A model generated the notes under the pieces. That model made no database searches. It worked only from the letters and a program-made list of their open reading frames with translations, and was not told the DNA's origin. A DNA stretch of 64,000 nucleotides from positions 33,790,001 through 33,854,000 of the forward strand of contig NC_135770.1 of assembly GCF_052425735.1 (NCBI RefSeq), in the 5' to 3' direction. The translations under genes were made by a program, and so were the position numbers. Source of the stretch: Oculina patagonica (lineage: Eukaryota). Each line of letters starts with the position of its first letter. Positions within the stretch are counted from its first letter, which is position 1. Shown here piece by piece: positions 53,682 through 64,000 of the stretch.

Positions 53682-56600
53682 GCTTATTTGCATTCCAACA
53701 ATTTTGGCTCTTCTATGCAAACTGAATTAAAAAAAAAAAAAACTAAGACTATAAGACTAAAAACTAAGACTAAGATATAAATAAAACTATGATAAAAAAG
53801 TATATTAGTATTTTTCTTTATTACATTTTTGACAATCACTCAATTAATTATTCTTTTTTGTTCACAGATTTAGTGTATTTCATGTACCGTAGTTATTCGG
53901 TTATAAGGCGCACGGTTTTTTCGTGAAAAATCTGTTTTTCTGTGGGAAGTTTATGCCAAAATTGGGGTGCGTCTTATAGCCGAGTATTTTGGCCCAAGAA
54001 AATCGTATGACCGCAAATTTACCGGAACTCACAGTTGAAATAAGAAAAATGAAAACACTTTATGTTGGTTATTGACTCTTACACTGCTCTTACAGTAAGA
54101 TATAAGAAGTTAATTATCGCGAAAAAAGTTTTAGTAACAGCTGAATATGCCAGCATTTTGTTGAAATAGACAAAGAAAAACATAAATACTCATTTGAAAC
54201 AAACCTTTCCAAGCGTGGAAAGTGGAAAATGACTTTAGAAGACAAGGAAAACACCAAAAAAGCTTGAGAATCTTTCAAATCCACTCGATAAACCACAGGC
54301 AGACCACCCTATGTGTTCGTGGTTAATTATTGTTGTTGACATGAGACGAACAAAAGAAATTTTGAAATCGATAAGGGCTACTGAAATAAAGCTTTAGAAA
54401 TAAAATATCTAAACTACATTTCGCTCTAAATATCTCAATAAAGTTTAATGAAATGTTTATCGACTCATGTGTTGTATTTTTTCGCCTGCGCGGGCCGTTT
54501 TAAGCGCTTTTTTAACTGATTTAGCCGGCCGAAGGCCGGTAAGAGAAGAAAGAGGAGACAAGGCTTGCAAGTCGGCGGCCGCCAGAAGCGACCTCCTCCA
54601 CTTCAAACCGGAATTAACGCCAAACTAATGAAAAACTCACCTATCTGACGACGGCTGTCGATCGGTGAGTTGTTGCTCTATCTCTTCGCCGAATTTTAGC
54701 TTCATCCCTCCAACATTTTCCGAGAAAATCCATGCTGAAATCATGCAAACGGCTTTCTGACTATGATCGGTGCTCGACATAGCGACCAGGGAAATTCCAA
54801 ACAGGCCGGCCGTTTCAAATTAACCAATCAGCGCTTGGCCTGTTTGGAATTTCCCTGGTCGCTATGTCGAGCACCGATCATAGTCAGAAAGCCGTTTGCA
54901 TGATTTCAGCATGGATTTTCTCGGAAAATGTTGGAGGGATGAAGCTAAAATTCGGCGAAGAGATAGAGCAACAACTCACCGATCGACAGCCGTCGTCAGA
55001 TAGGTGAGTTTTTCATTAGTTTGGCGTTAATTCCGGTTTGAAGTGGAGGAGGTCGCTTCTGGCGGCCGCCGACTTGCAAGCCTTGTCTCCTCTTTCTTCT
55101 CTTACCGGCCTTCGGCCGGCTAAATCAGTTAAAAAAGCGCTTAAAACGGCCCGCGCAGGCGAAAAAATACAACACATGAGTCGATAAACATTTCATTAAA
55201 CTTTATTGAGATATTTAGAGCGAAATGTAGTTTAGATATTTTATTTCTAAAGCTTTATTTCAGTAGCCCTTATCGATTTCAAAATTTCTTTTGTTCGTCT
55301 CATGTCAACAACAATAATTAACCACGAACACATAGGGTGGTCTGCCTGTGGATAAACAAAGTACGAAGCGATACGAAGCATGCTTGACAACTTGGTAACC
55401 AAGCTACAAACTCAGTGCTCACTGGTAACTACACATCTGCCAGGTTACTAAGCAGCTAAGTTCGTAGCATGAACGATGGAAAGACGTTTAGCTCAAGTGT
55501 TTACGTATTTTTTAGCAGGAAATGTTACCTTTTTACTCGAAGATTGTACCAAGGAGTATGAACAACATTCAGACATTCAAATTCTGTAAGAAGAACAGTT
55601 ACTGTCCTTGAATTGATCACTGCATCTTTTCAACTCTCCAACTAATAGAAATAGCCGGGACAAAAATCAAAATAGCCGGCGTCCCGGCTCTAACAAAAAC
55701 CCTGCAAAGCGTTTGACGAAACAATCGGAAAATAGGTACAAGAACAGCTTCATTTTTTTTTTCTTAAAAAGACAATCAGAAAATGAAGACAACTTCACTT
55801 TCTTTTTAAATTCGCGACTTTGTAAATGTTCGCGTGATCTGGAACAAATGCGTGACTGTAATCGATCACTTGTTATCAACTGAATACACCGCACGTCACT
55901 CCCCTGCTGTTTTATTTATTAAAATTGTCTAGAATGTGATAAGAATGAACATATTGTAGACGTCATGCTGGTTTTCAAGCGTCTATGTGTGGTAAATATA
56001 TTCTTTTTTTTTTCTCCTTTGTAAATATTTGTATAAAACGGTTAAAGTGATCACCTTTTCTCGATCCAAAGGTTCTCTGTCTACAGGGCATTCAGGAACT
56101 TGCTGCCTGTAAAGAAAGATTCGACGCATTTCAAAACAAAATTGTGAATCTGCTATTTAGATAACGCATTAGCAAAACCAACGCCTCGAAACTTCAAAAG
56201 CGTTCAACAGTAATCCGATTTGCAATGAAAATATCACGCTAAAGGAAAGGTACAGTAAATGAAGAAACGTCTTTTGAATAATTTTCCTATGGCGTTTTAC
56301 AGGTTTTTTTTTTTATTTTATTAGAAAAGTAAATCTAGAGTAGATCAGAGTAACGTTCTGCCATTGTGGTCTACAGGAATATTCCTCTTTTCGCCGGATG
56401 GAATTTCCGTTGTGCTAAAACTGTTCATCGAAATAATCCAAATATACCTCTTGTGAAAGGCTCTAAAATATATTGACAAAACAGCGTTATAAAACAATGA
56501 AATGCTTTCTTCTTTTATAATGAAACGAGCACGTTGCCGACACTTACTTGTAAGATTTGCCGCGCATCGAAGCATTTGATGTTAATATACCTTACCTTTT

Positions 56601-56768
56601 TATCGCTTCATTCAGACATCTCTTACAATATCTATGTCCACATCTCGTAAGAACTGGCTCTCTCAAAGGCAACTGACAAATTAAGCAGTGATATTCATCG
56701 AACACGGTTGATACAAAGTCATATTCATATCCAGACGGTACACCAACGTGCTGCTGAACTTCCGCCAT
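48930..56768 (-). CDS. TRAF-like gene 6 (RING, 5 zinc fingers, coiled coil, MATH), about 443 aa, 7 exons
   Basis: Minus-strand exons 56768-56596, 56106-56055, 52201-52100, 51741-51577, 51158-51084, 50713-50636, 49616-48930; GT-AG and in frame (1332 nt). RING CLIC...CGHRYCKRC...CPVD; MATH FIWKL, YPNG, HISLY, GKYDAILPWPF, YVVDGTLFI. Confidence 0.92.
49872..50293. mobile_element. MITE with GAG...CTC termini
   Basis: GAGGGTCTCAATGGG ... CCCATTTAGACCCTC with internal ACGGTTAA repeats. Confidence 0.55.
53616..53680. repeat. (AAT)n microsatellite
   Basis: About 21 units seen directly. Confidence 0.95.
54294..55350. mobile_element. Foldback element: about 514-bp inverted arms, 29-bp loop, 7-bp flanking direct repeat
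   Basis: 54293-54807 is the reverse complement of 54837-55351 with no net indel; GATAAAC at 54287-54293 and 55351-55357; termini CACAGGC...GCCTGTG. Confidence 0.85.
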
Positions 56769-57268
56769 TTTCTCTCGATGCTTTTGATAAAGAGTCACGC
56801 AATTTGCCGCAAGAATTCGTCACGGCGGGACCACCATGATCAGATGCTGGATTTCTATTTGTCAGAGATGCTATAAAATTCCAGCCATTGATTAGAAACC
56901 TTTTTCTCGGACAAAATACAGTCCTTTTCTCAAAGCACTTTCTGTTGAGCGTTAACGTAACCTGGCAACTTCTGTAATTTTTACTGACTGAGCAACAATA
57001 CATCGATAAATGCATGCACTCCACTAAAATAACATATCATGAGGGTTCTGAAGGGGTAATATGGAAGCTAGGGTTTGGGCAAATTTTTACCGGAAAATGG
57101 GATTTGAGTCACTGAGACTGGGAATCACACACACACACACACACAACAAACAAGCAATAAAACTGGGACAACGATTTTAAAAATTGGCAAAACAATAGGC
57201 TTTCCGGCTGGAAAATTGGATTTTACCCCCCCCCCCCCCCCCACGTGGTCAAGGCGTTAAGCATAATA

Positions 57269-57470
57269 TACCTTATTTTTACTAATTTTCTCGGGAACTT
57301 AATTTCGCGAAAATGGAACGGCCATATTTTGCGGTACTTTATTTTCGCGATTTGGCCAAAAAATACGTTAAAACAATTAAAAACTACGTCAAAAACGTTA
57401 AAAATAAATTTTCGCGGGTCTTTTATTTCGCGATATTTTAAAAATCGCGAAAATAAGTAACAATAAGGTA
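57269..57470. mobile_element. MITE, same family as 22793-23064
   Basis: TACCTTATTTTTACT ... AGTAACAATAAGGTA; shares internal GGGAACTTAATTTCGCGAAAATGGAAC. Confidence 0.75.
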
Positions 57471-57862
57471 TATGGAGGTGGATACTTTAATTGTGGCGAG
57501 CTTATTACTGATTTCAAGTTCGCTTTCTCTTTTTTCAGACCCCTGACCGAAAATGTGATGTTGTTTCATTGTACCGATCAGAGGCTCGGTTCAGGGGGTG
57601 GGGTCACCTTGGAAATAAGAACACGGTATTGCACGTGGTTTCATATCAGGAGAATACACAGAGGATGCTTCTCTTTTAAAAGAAGCTGTTTGCCTCTTCA
57701 TTTTAACAAGTAAATAGAAACACATCTTCAGAGAACAGGTTTTTCACCGTTAACCAGCGTAATGACATTATTCTCACTGAATAATTAATTAACGCATCAT
57801 GAAACAACTATTTTAATACTCCGCGGTCCCTAGGGATGCATTGCTGCATTGCGGGCTCCCCG

Positions 57863-57900
57863 TATAAGTAGAATAGACCGCGTGGCTTTGATTTCACTGT
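57863..57900 (+). promoter_or_regulatory. Possible TATA plus initiator of the DIRS transcript
   Basis: TATAAGTA at 57863 with TTTCACT about 30 nt downstream, about 95 nt before the ATG at 57992. Confidence 0.35.
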
Positions 57901-57991
57901 GTCACAGCGACCGCCGAGCTAGACGACGGATCAAGGTTCGCTTGTCTTTTTAGTTTGTCAACCAACACCAGCTCGTTTTTCGTTCCTTTCA

Positions 57992-60353
57992 ATGGCGGAA
58001 CCGGCGGGAGAACTACCTCCTTTGGCGGCAGAACCACCCGCAATTCCTGAACCGGCAGCAGAACCTGTGGCAGAGCCTGTTCTTGAACCGGTTGCTCAAC
58101 CGGCGGCGCCTAATCAGGTAACATTCAGTTTTTTAGTGCGTTTCTTTCGTCTATGGCTTTGGCTACTCGTTTGTAGGACGCGTTCATATCGTTTCTACAG
58201 CATTTTTTGGGTTGTTTGTTTTCCTAGTTTCGCTAGCACTTTGCTTAGCATGTTTTCATGTTGCACGTGTCCCTGGGGCTTTTGTCGGCGTTTTTTAGTA
58301 TTTTGCTTACTCGGTTCGTTCCAGCTTGTTTCCCAGGCGTTTTGGTTCGTCTCTTTCTTGTTATCTACTCTATAGTTGCCGGTTCTGCTCCGGGACCTCT
58401 TGTTTCGTTTTATAGGGATTTTTTATAGCGTCCTTGGTCTTGTTTTTGTCTTTAACAAATACTTTTGTATAAACGGTCCGGGACCGTTCGGCTCCGGGAG
58501 CCGGTGTTGTTTTTAACGATATATTTATTGTGTTCGGCTCCGGGAGCCGGTGATGTTTTGTACGAAATATTTATTGTGTAATCGGTCCGGGACCGTTCGG
58601 CTCCGGGAGCCGGTGTTGTTTTTTAACGGGATGTTTATTGTGTAAACGGTCCGGGGCCGTTCGGCTCCGGGAGCCGGTGTTTGTTTTAACGAAGCAGTCA
58701 CTTGTAACGGTCCGGGACCGTTGTTTGGCTCCAGGAGCCGGTGATGTTTTGAACGAAATATTTATTGTGTAAACGGTCCGGGACCGTTCGGCTCCGGGAA
58801 CCGGTGTTGTTTTAACGAGATATTTATTTGTGTAAACGGTCCGGGACCGTTCGGCTCCGGGAGCCGGTGTTTGTTTTGAACGAAATAGTCACTTGTAAAC
58901 GGTCCGGGACCGTTGTTTGGCTCCGGGAGCCGGTGATGTTTTGAACGAAATATTTATTGTGTAAACGGTCCGGGACCGTTCGGCTCCGGGAACCGGTGTT
59001 GTTTTAACGAGATATTTATTTGTGTAAACGGTCCGGGACCGTTCGGCTCCGGGAGCCGGTGTTTGTTTTGAACGAAATAGTCACTTGTAAACGGTCCGGG
59101 ACCGTTGTTTGGCTCCGGGAGCCGGTGATGTTTTGAACGAAATATTTATTGTGTAAACGGTCCGGGACCGTTCGGCTCCGGGAGCCGCTGTTGTTTTAAC
59201 GAGATATTTTATTTTGTGTAAACGGTCTGGGACCGTTCGGCTCCGGGAGCCGGTGTTTGTTTTGAACGAAATAGTCACTTGTAAACGGTCCGGGACCGTT
59301 GTTTGGCTCCGGGAGCCGGTGATATTTGAACGAAATATTTATTGTGTAAACGGTCCGGGACCGTTTCGGCTCCGGAAGCCGGTGTCGTTTTTAACGAGTT
59401 ATTTATTGTGTAAACGGTCCGGGACCGTTAGGCTCCGGAAGCCGGTGTCGTTTTTGAACAAGATATTTATTGTGTAAACGGTCCGGGACCGTTGTTTGGC
59501 TCTGGCAGCCGGGGTTGTTTATTGTGAGTCAGTTTTGTTTTTAAACAAATAATTATTTGTGTATACGGTTCGGGTCCGTTTCGGCTCTGGGAGCCCGGCG
59601 GTTTTTGGTTTCAGGGTACGTACGGGATATTGGGCATACAATCCGGAAACTTTCTGGCTCCGGGAGCCGGATTTCCTGCTTTGGAGCGAAGTTTCTTTGG
59701 GATACGGTCTGGTACTTATTCGGTAGATAGTCTTGTCTGGTACGAACATATTTTATCGTGTTTTCTTTTGCGATCGGTCAGTACTGGGGCTAAAGAGGAG
59801 ATAAAGAGTTTCAATGTAATGCTTCCCTTTTTCCGTCAACCCCTAGGCGGACGATCGTATTAAGTTGCTTGAGGACAAGTTGAAGGCTCTGGAGGACAGG
59901 CAAGGCCTTGACGTAGTTACCACCGCTCTTGCGTCAGTCCGTAACGCTCTTCTAAAACCAGAATCAATTTACGATCCTTGGGAGGCGTCATCTCTCGTTG
60001 AGGCCCTAGTACGAGCGGCCAGGTCGTCCGCCCACGAGAAGGCAGACCACTACGCAGCCATATTGGATGAATTGAAGGGGAGATCCAGTGTCCTCTCACC
60101 CTCCGCTCATAGGAAGCTACTTTTGGGGCTTTTAGGCGACCCGGTTAGGGCCAAGGTAGCGAAAGAGTCTTCGGCGCTTTTAAAGTCAATCCAACGAGAA
60201 GAGCCTGGGTTCCAGAGTCGTAACAGCACCCGCCACTTCAGGCGCCAACGCCCTTACATCTATAGTCCAGGGAACTGCTATAGATGTGGCCAACCCGGGC
60301 ATTTTGCCAGGGAGTGTGGCCGCGGACGAGGACGCGGAAACTCAAGGCGTTAG
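57992..60353 (+). CDS. gag: DIRS gag-like ORF1, predicted spliced join(57992-58117, 59847-60353), about 210 aa
   Basis: Leader MAEPAGELPP...APNQ ends at CAG|GTAAC (phase 0); acceptor CCCTAG|GCG at 59847 continues ADDRIKLLEDKLKALEDRQ... to zinc knuckle CYRCGQPGHFAREC and an RGRGRG tail. Confidence 0.75.
58468..59600. repeat. Tandem array of about 17-18 units of about 62-66 bp, with a roughly 192-bp three-unit higher-order period
   Basis: Unit core GTAAACGGTCCGGGACCGTT-CGGCTCCGGGAGCCG-GTG; the variant GTCACTTGTAA recurs near 58697, 58889, 59080 and 59274. Confidence 0.95.
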
Positions 60354-60703
60354 CGACTATTGTCAGGGCGTGGAGTACGATTTTTGTACCTTTCCTGTGC
60401 TTCTGTTTTCTATGTCATATTTATTTATGGTTTAGCTCGTTTTTTCCTTGCGTAAGGAGTCAAACTTTTGCCTTTATCGATCACTTGTATTTTCTTTTTG
60501 GTTAATAAAGAATGTTCTCTAGTTTATTTGCGTTTCAATCCTTTGGTTTTTTACCTCATTTCTTCGTTGACCCTGGGGGGCCTTCTCAGTGCCTTTATTC
60601 TGGTCTATGATCAGAGCTGGGGTCAACGAAGGATAAGGGGTTTCCCCTGTTTTTTGTTTTCGAGTTTCTTATTTTTGTTTTTCGTTCGACGTGTTTTTTC
60701 CAG

Positions 60704-62875
60704 GACTTCGCGGTTGCCCTGCAGGAAGTCCTTTCCCGCCCGAAGCCTGGCATCGTATGGTGTGATATAAACGGGGAACCCTTATCCTTCGTTGGCCCCA
60801 CTGTATCAGCAGAGCTTGTCAGCAAAGACCCATCCCTTGGAAACTTGGCGCACTTACGTTTCAGACATCCAGATTATTTTCAGGCTGGCAGTTTGCATGA
60901 TCATGTTGATTTCTGGGAACACCTCATCTCTTCAACTGGTTACGTTTGTCCTCAAGTTAATTTGTTGCAGATAATCCGAGAGGGAGTGAGGGTTCATGAT
61001 TTCTTCCGTCATTTCAAGGGGAATTTTAAAGGTAGACATTATGACTCTGCTGTCCCGCCAATTTCCAGTTTTCCGAACTCTTCTTGTTGCCATCAGCATA
61101 CCGATTTCATTGATACAACAGTTTTGGCTTGGGTGTCTCAGGGTGTCATCAAAGTCTACGGCAAGGTTGGCGTATGCTCTCCCCCGCATTTAGTCCTTCC
61201 TTTGACAGTCGAACCATCAAAACCACGTCTTTGCCACGACGAACGTTTTCTAAATTTATGGGTTCGGGATCTTCCATTCAAATTAGATCACCTCCCGGAT
61301 CTGCCTCGTTATGTCTTCCCAGGGCATTTCCAGACAACTTTTGATGATAAGAATGGATACCAGCACCTTAAGATTCACCCGGACTCCCAGGAATTTTTCA
61401 GTTTTTCCTGGAGGGGCTATTATTTTTCTTTCTGTACCTTGCCGTTCGGATGGAAAGCAAGTGCCTTTTTATACCATAACACAGGCCTTGTCGTCACTAG
61501 TGCCGCTCGATCTTTGGGCGTTCCCCTATCGCAGTACATTGATGACAGACATGTCGGCCAGTTGTTCCTTTCCGGCCTAGTGGATTGCCAGCCTAGTCGC
61601 CAACTGCCCAAGCAGCAGCCTTTATCCTGTTGTTCCTTCTCATTTCAGCAGGATATTTTGTTAACCTTGCTAAGAGTTCCCCAGAACCGTCCACTTTTGT
61701 TAGATTCCTGGGTTTTATCTCCGATTCTATAGTGCAAGCCTTTTTTATCCCGCCCGATAAAAAGGAGAAATTCAGAGCGTTGCGCGAAGAACTCTTGGGA
61801 TCCTCTTGTGCGCCCGTAAAGAGCTTGCAACGCTTCGCAGGGAAAGCACTATCCTTTAGTCTTGCAATTCCGGCTTGCAAGCTGTATGTACGAGAAGTGT
61901 TCAAAGCAATTGCCGTCGTTGCCAAGAATTCTAAGATTTCTGTCCCGATTCAGGGACCTTTGCGACAGGAACTCCAAGAATGGACTTTTCTGGATAACTG
62001 GTCGGGACACTTGCCTTGGCGATCGGAGCATCATCTCTCTGTCACAATGTTCAGCGACGCCTCTCAGAGGGCCTGGGGGGCAGTATTAGTAAAAGATGGT
62101 CTGAGTCAGCAAATACGAGATTACTGGACCGACCTTGAAGACGATATCAATGTCCTTGAAGCTAGGGCTTTATGCAACGCTTTAAGCTCCCTTTTCCCTT
62201 CTATCAAAACACAAGGATCGACGTATGGACGGATAACATGACGCTCCGAGCGGCTTGGGAAAATGGCGGTTGTAAAAGTTCCCTGGTCAACCAGGAGATA
62301 AAAAGATAGAAGAAATGTCTCGAGCTGGAAATTTTGCTCTACATTTGAAGTATATCCCATCGAGTGAAAACATTGCTGACGCGCCCTCCCGTTCTCTGTC
62401 TGATATTGATTGTTCTCTGTCTGAGAAGGCGTGGGCCCGAGTTCAAGCGATGTTTGGGCCACACACGTTTGATTTGATGTCTTTAGACAGTAATTGTCGC
62501 AGAGAGAGGGATGGAAGTTTGTTGCCTCATTACTCGCCTTGGCCAACCCCGTTTTCTTCAGGAGTTAACGTTTTCGCTCAACCGGTACCAGTGGAACATA
62601 ATGTATATGTTTTTCCTCCTTTCGTCCTCGTGGGACCGTTGTTGCGATACCTTTTTGATCAACATCAGCGTTTCGCTTTTACCATTATTGTCCCTCGTCT
62701 ACACCCGCATCGTTATTGGTGGGCTTTACTCCAGGCCATAGCAGTGGATTCCTTTCTTCTTGGAAGGAAAGGTGATCCGGCTATATTGCTTTTCCCTTCT
62801 CGCTCCTCCCCAGAATTCATTGCTAGGCCCTTACCATGGGATCTGTGGGTTTTTCGTTGCATCTGCTCCTGGTAA
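60704..62875 (+). CDS. pol: DIRS pol (RT, RNase H, adenine-methyltransferase-like domain), broken by three -1 frameshifts in this assembly
   Basis: KPRLCHD, FDDKNGYQH, LPFGW and YIDD (61535-61546); RNase H FSDAS, INVLEA, VWTDN, NIADAPSR; MT-like FDLMSLDSN and VYVFPPF. Frameshifts near 61605, 62206-62209 and 62300-62304. Confidence 0.85.
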
Positions 62876-62902
62876 GCTGTGTATTTGTGCTTGTCTATAT
62901 AG

Positions 62903-64000
62903 ATCGAACGCTTATGGAAACCTGCTTTCAGATGTCCCGCCTGCTGTTACCCGAACGACAGTGATGCTAATTTTTGCCAAGCCTGTGGTAATCCCACGTC
63001 GCGTGAACCAACACAAGGAGCCCGTCCTAATGTGGACATGCCTCTGATTAACAAGCGTTTCGCAGAATTCCGACAGTCGTTTAGAAACAGACCTTATGAA
63101 CGACAGAAGGATTCTTTGGAAATTCAGCTATCAAGTTTCTTACGCTCTTTGGTACCTCCAAAGAAGGTCTCTGCTGCGTCCGCTGAAGATATCGTAAAGT
63201 TTTTGGTTAGCAAGGATACTGCGGGAAAACAGAAAATCCATGTACGCTCATGCTCCAGGAAGACCTGTGATTGCCCTAAGCGTCTGGCCGCTGGAACTGT
63301 CGATTCATATATAGGGAAGCTTAGAGCGATTTTCAATAAGTTAGGCCGTACAGGGTTTTCTAACCCGCTGGCACATCCTTGTGTAAAAGAATATCTCAAG
63401 TTTGTAAGGGAGGAGCAAGCCCAGCAACCTTTGCAACCTCGCCAAGCTGTTCCTTTGTTCTATGACAAATTCACCCGCTTGATTACCTATCTCCGTGGGC
63501 TTATTGTTGAAGGTTCTGGGCTTTCTCCTCTCAATAAATACCTTTTGGTCAGAGATGTAACTTTCTTTGTCGTTGACTTTTACACGGGCGATAGAGCATC
63601 CGATCTGGGGCGTTTAAAGGCAGATCAGCTTTTCCGCCTTAAGGACAGGGAGGGGTTTCTTCTTAACTTTACATTCAGCAAAACGAGGCGCGCGGGTCAA
63701 CTACGCCCTTTTGCTTTGTTACGTATTCCAAATGTACCCGCCTGCCCGGTTTTTTGGCTTAACTATTATATCGCAGCTTGTGGGTCGTTGGGTGTCCCTC
63801 TTCTCGGTGAGTATTTCTTTAGATCTTCGGAACATAAGAAATTTTTATCACATCGCCCGTTTGGAGGGTCAGCTGTATCTGCACGACTTCACAAGTATCT
63901 TAAGGCCGCGGGCATCGATGACGGTGAGACCCCTCACAGCTTCCGGGTAGGGATTTCTTACACCCTCAAAGGCTTGGGTTGTACTCCAGAGCAGATTGCC
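62903..64000 (+). CDS. DIRS tyrosine recombinase (3'-partial, open to the window end; absent from the ORF track)
   Basis: 366 open codons IERLWKPAFRCPACCYPNDSDANFCQACG...; catalytic motifs TGDRASDL (R), FSKT (K), TPHSFRVG (HxxR). Confidence 0.9.
   Translation, partial: MERLWKPAFRCPACCYPNDSDANFCQACGNPTSREPTQGARPNVDMPLINKRFAEFRQSFRNRPYERQKDSLEIQLSSFLRSLVPPKKVSAASAEDIVKFLVSKDTAGKQKIHVRSCSRKTCDCPKRLAAGTVDSYIGKLRAIFNKLGRTGFSNPLAHPCVKEYLKFVREEQAQQPLQPRQAVPLFYDKFTRLITYLRGLIVEGSGLSPLNKYLLVRDVTFFVVDFYTGDRASDLGRLKADQLFRLKDREGFLLNFTFSKTRRAGQLRPFALLRIPNVPACPVFWLNYYIAACGSLGVPLLGEYFFRSSEHKKFLSHRPFGGSAVSARLHKYLKAAGIDDGETPHSFRVGISYTLKGLGCTPEQIA

Larger units (their letters stand above)
57816..64000 (+). mobile_element. 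DIRS-type tyrosine-recombinase retrotransposon; runs off the right edge, 5' boundary approximate
   Basis: Order gag (CCHC), RT (YIDD), RNase H, Dam-like methyltransferase, tyrosine recombinase is the established DIRS/PAT architecture. GC content rises from about 57.82 kb. Confidence 0.92.

Noticed and set aside
2915-56768. Assigning TRAF4 or TRAF6 gene symbols
   Set aside because: The C3HC3D RING and MATH motifs fit the TRAF4/6 group, but one-to-one orthology cannot be set without a phylogeny.
57992-58375. 127-aa ORF with a hydrophobic C-terminus as a membrane protein
   Set aside because: The Phe/Leu/Val-rich part begins exactly at the GT donor and reflects T-rich intron sequence.
58468-59600. 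CRISPR-like appearance (palindromic repeats with spacers)
   Set aside because: The linkers are related to each other and recur every third unit; no cas genes; eukaryotic retroelement context.
62870-62902. GTAAG donor at the end of pol that might fuse pol to YR
   Set aside because: The intron would be only 31 nt and the donor is phase 2 while the YR acceptor is phase 0.

Overview
AT-rich, intron-containing animal DNA; the repeat families and TRAF expansion suggest a cnidarian, probably a stony coral (inference). Positions 1-57 kb hold a tandem cluster of seven TRAF-family genes (six complete, one with only exon 1 in the window). I assembled their exons by hand; all share a C3HC3D RING, TRAF zinc fingers and the same intron phases. 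Four genes end in a MATH/TRAF-C domain. Two (21893-28972 and 31220-37700) have no MATH domain and end in a long coiled coil plus a C-terminal hydrophobic segment, so they look like membrane-anchored TRAF-type E3 ligases. From about 57.8 kb to the window end is a DIRS-type tyrosine-recombinase retrotransposon. Its gag, pol and YR frames each begin at a phase-0 splice acceptor and seem to share one upstream ATG leader exon, with a palindromic tandem array in the intervening intron. Introns and spacers carry MITEs, SINEs, LINE and Penelope fragments (two with hammerhead-like motifs) and a 1.06-kb near-perfect foldback element. All gene models are manual and lack transcript support.
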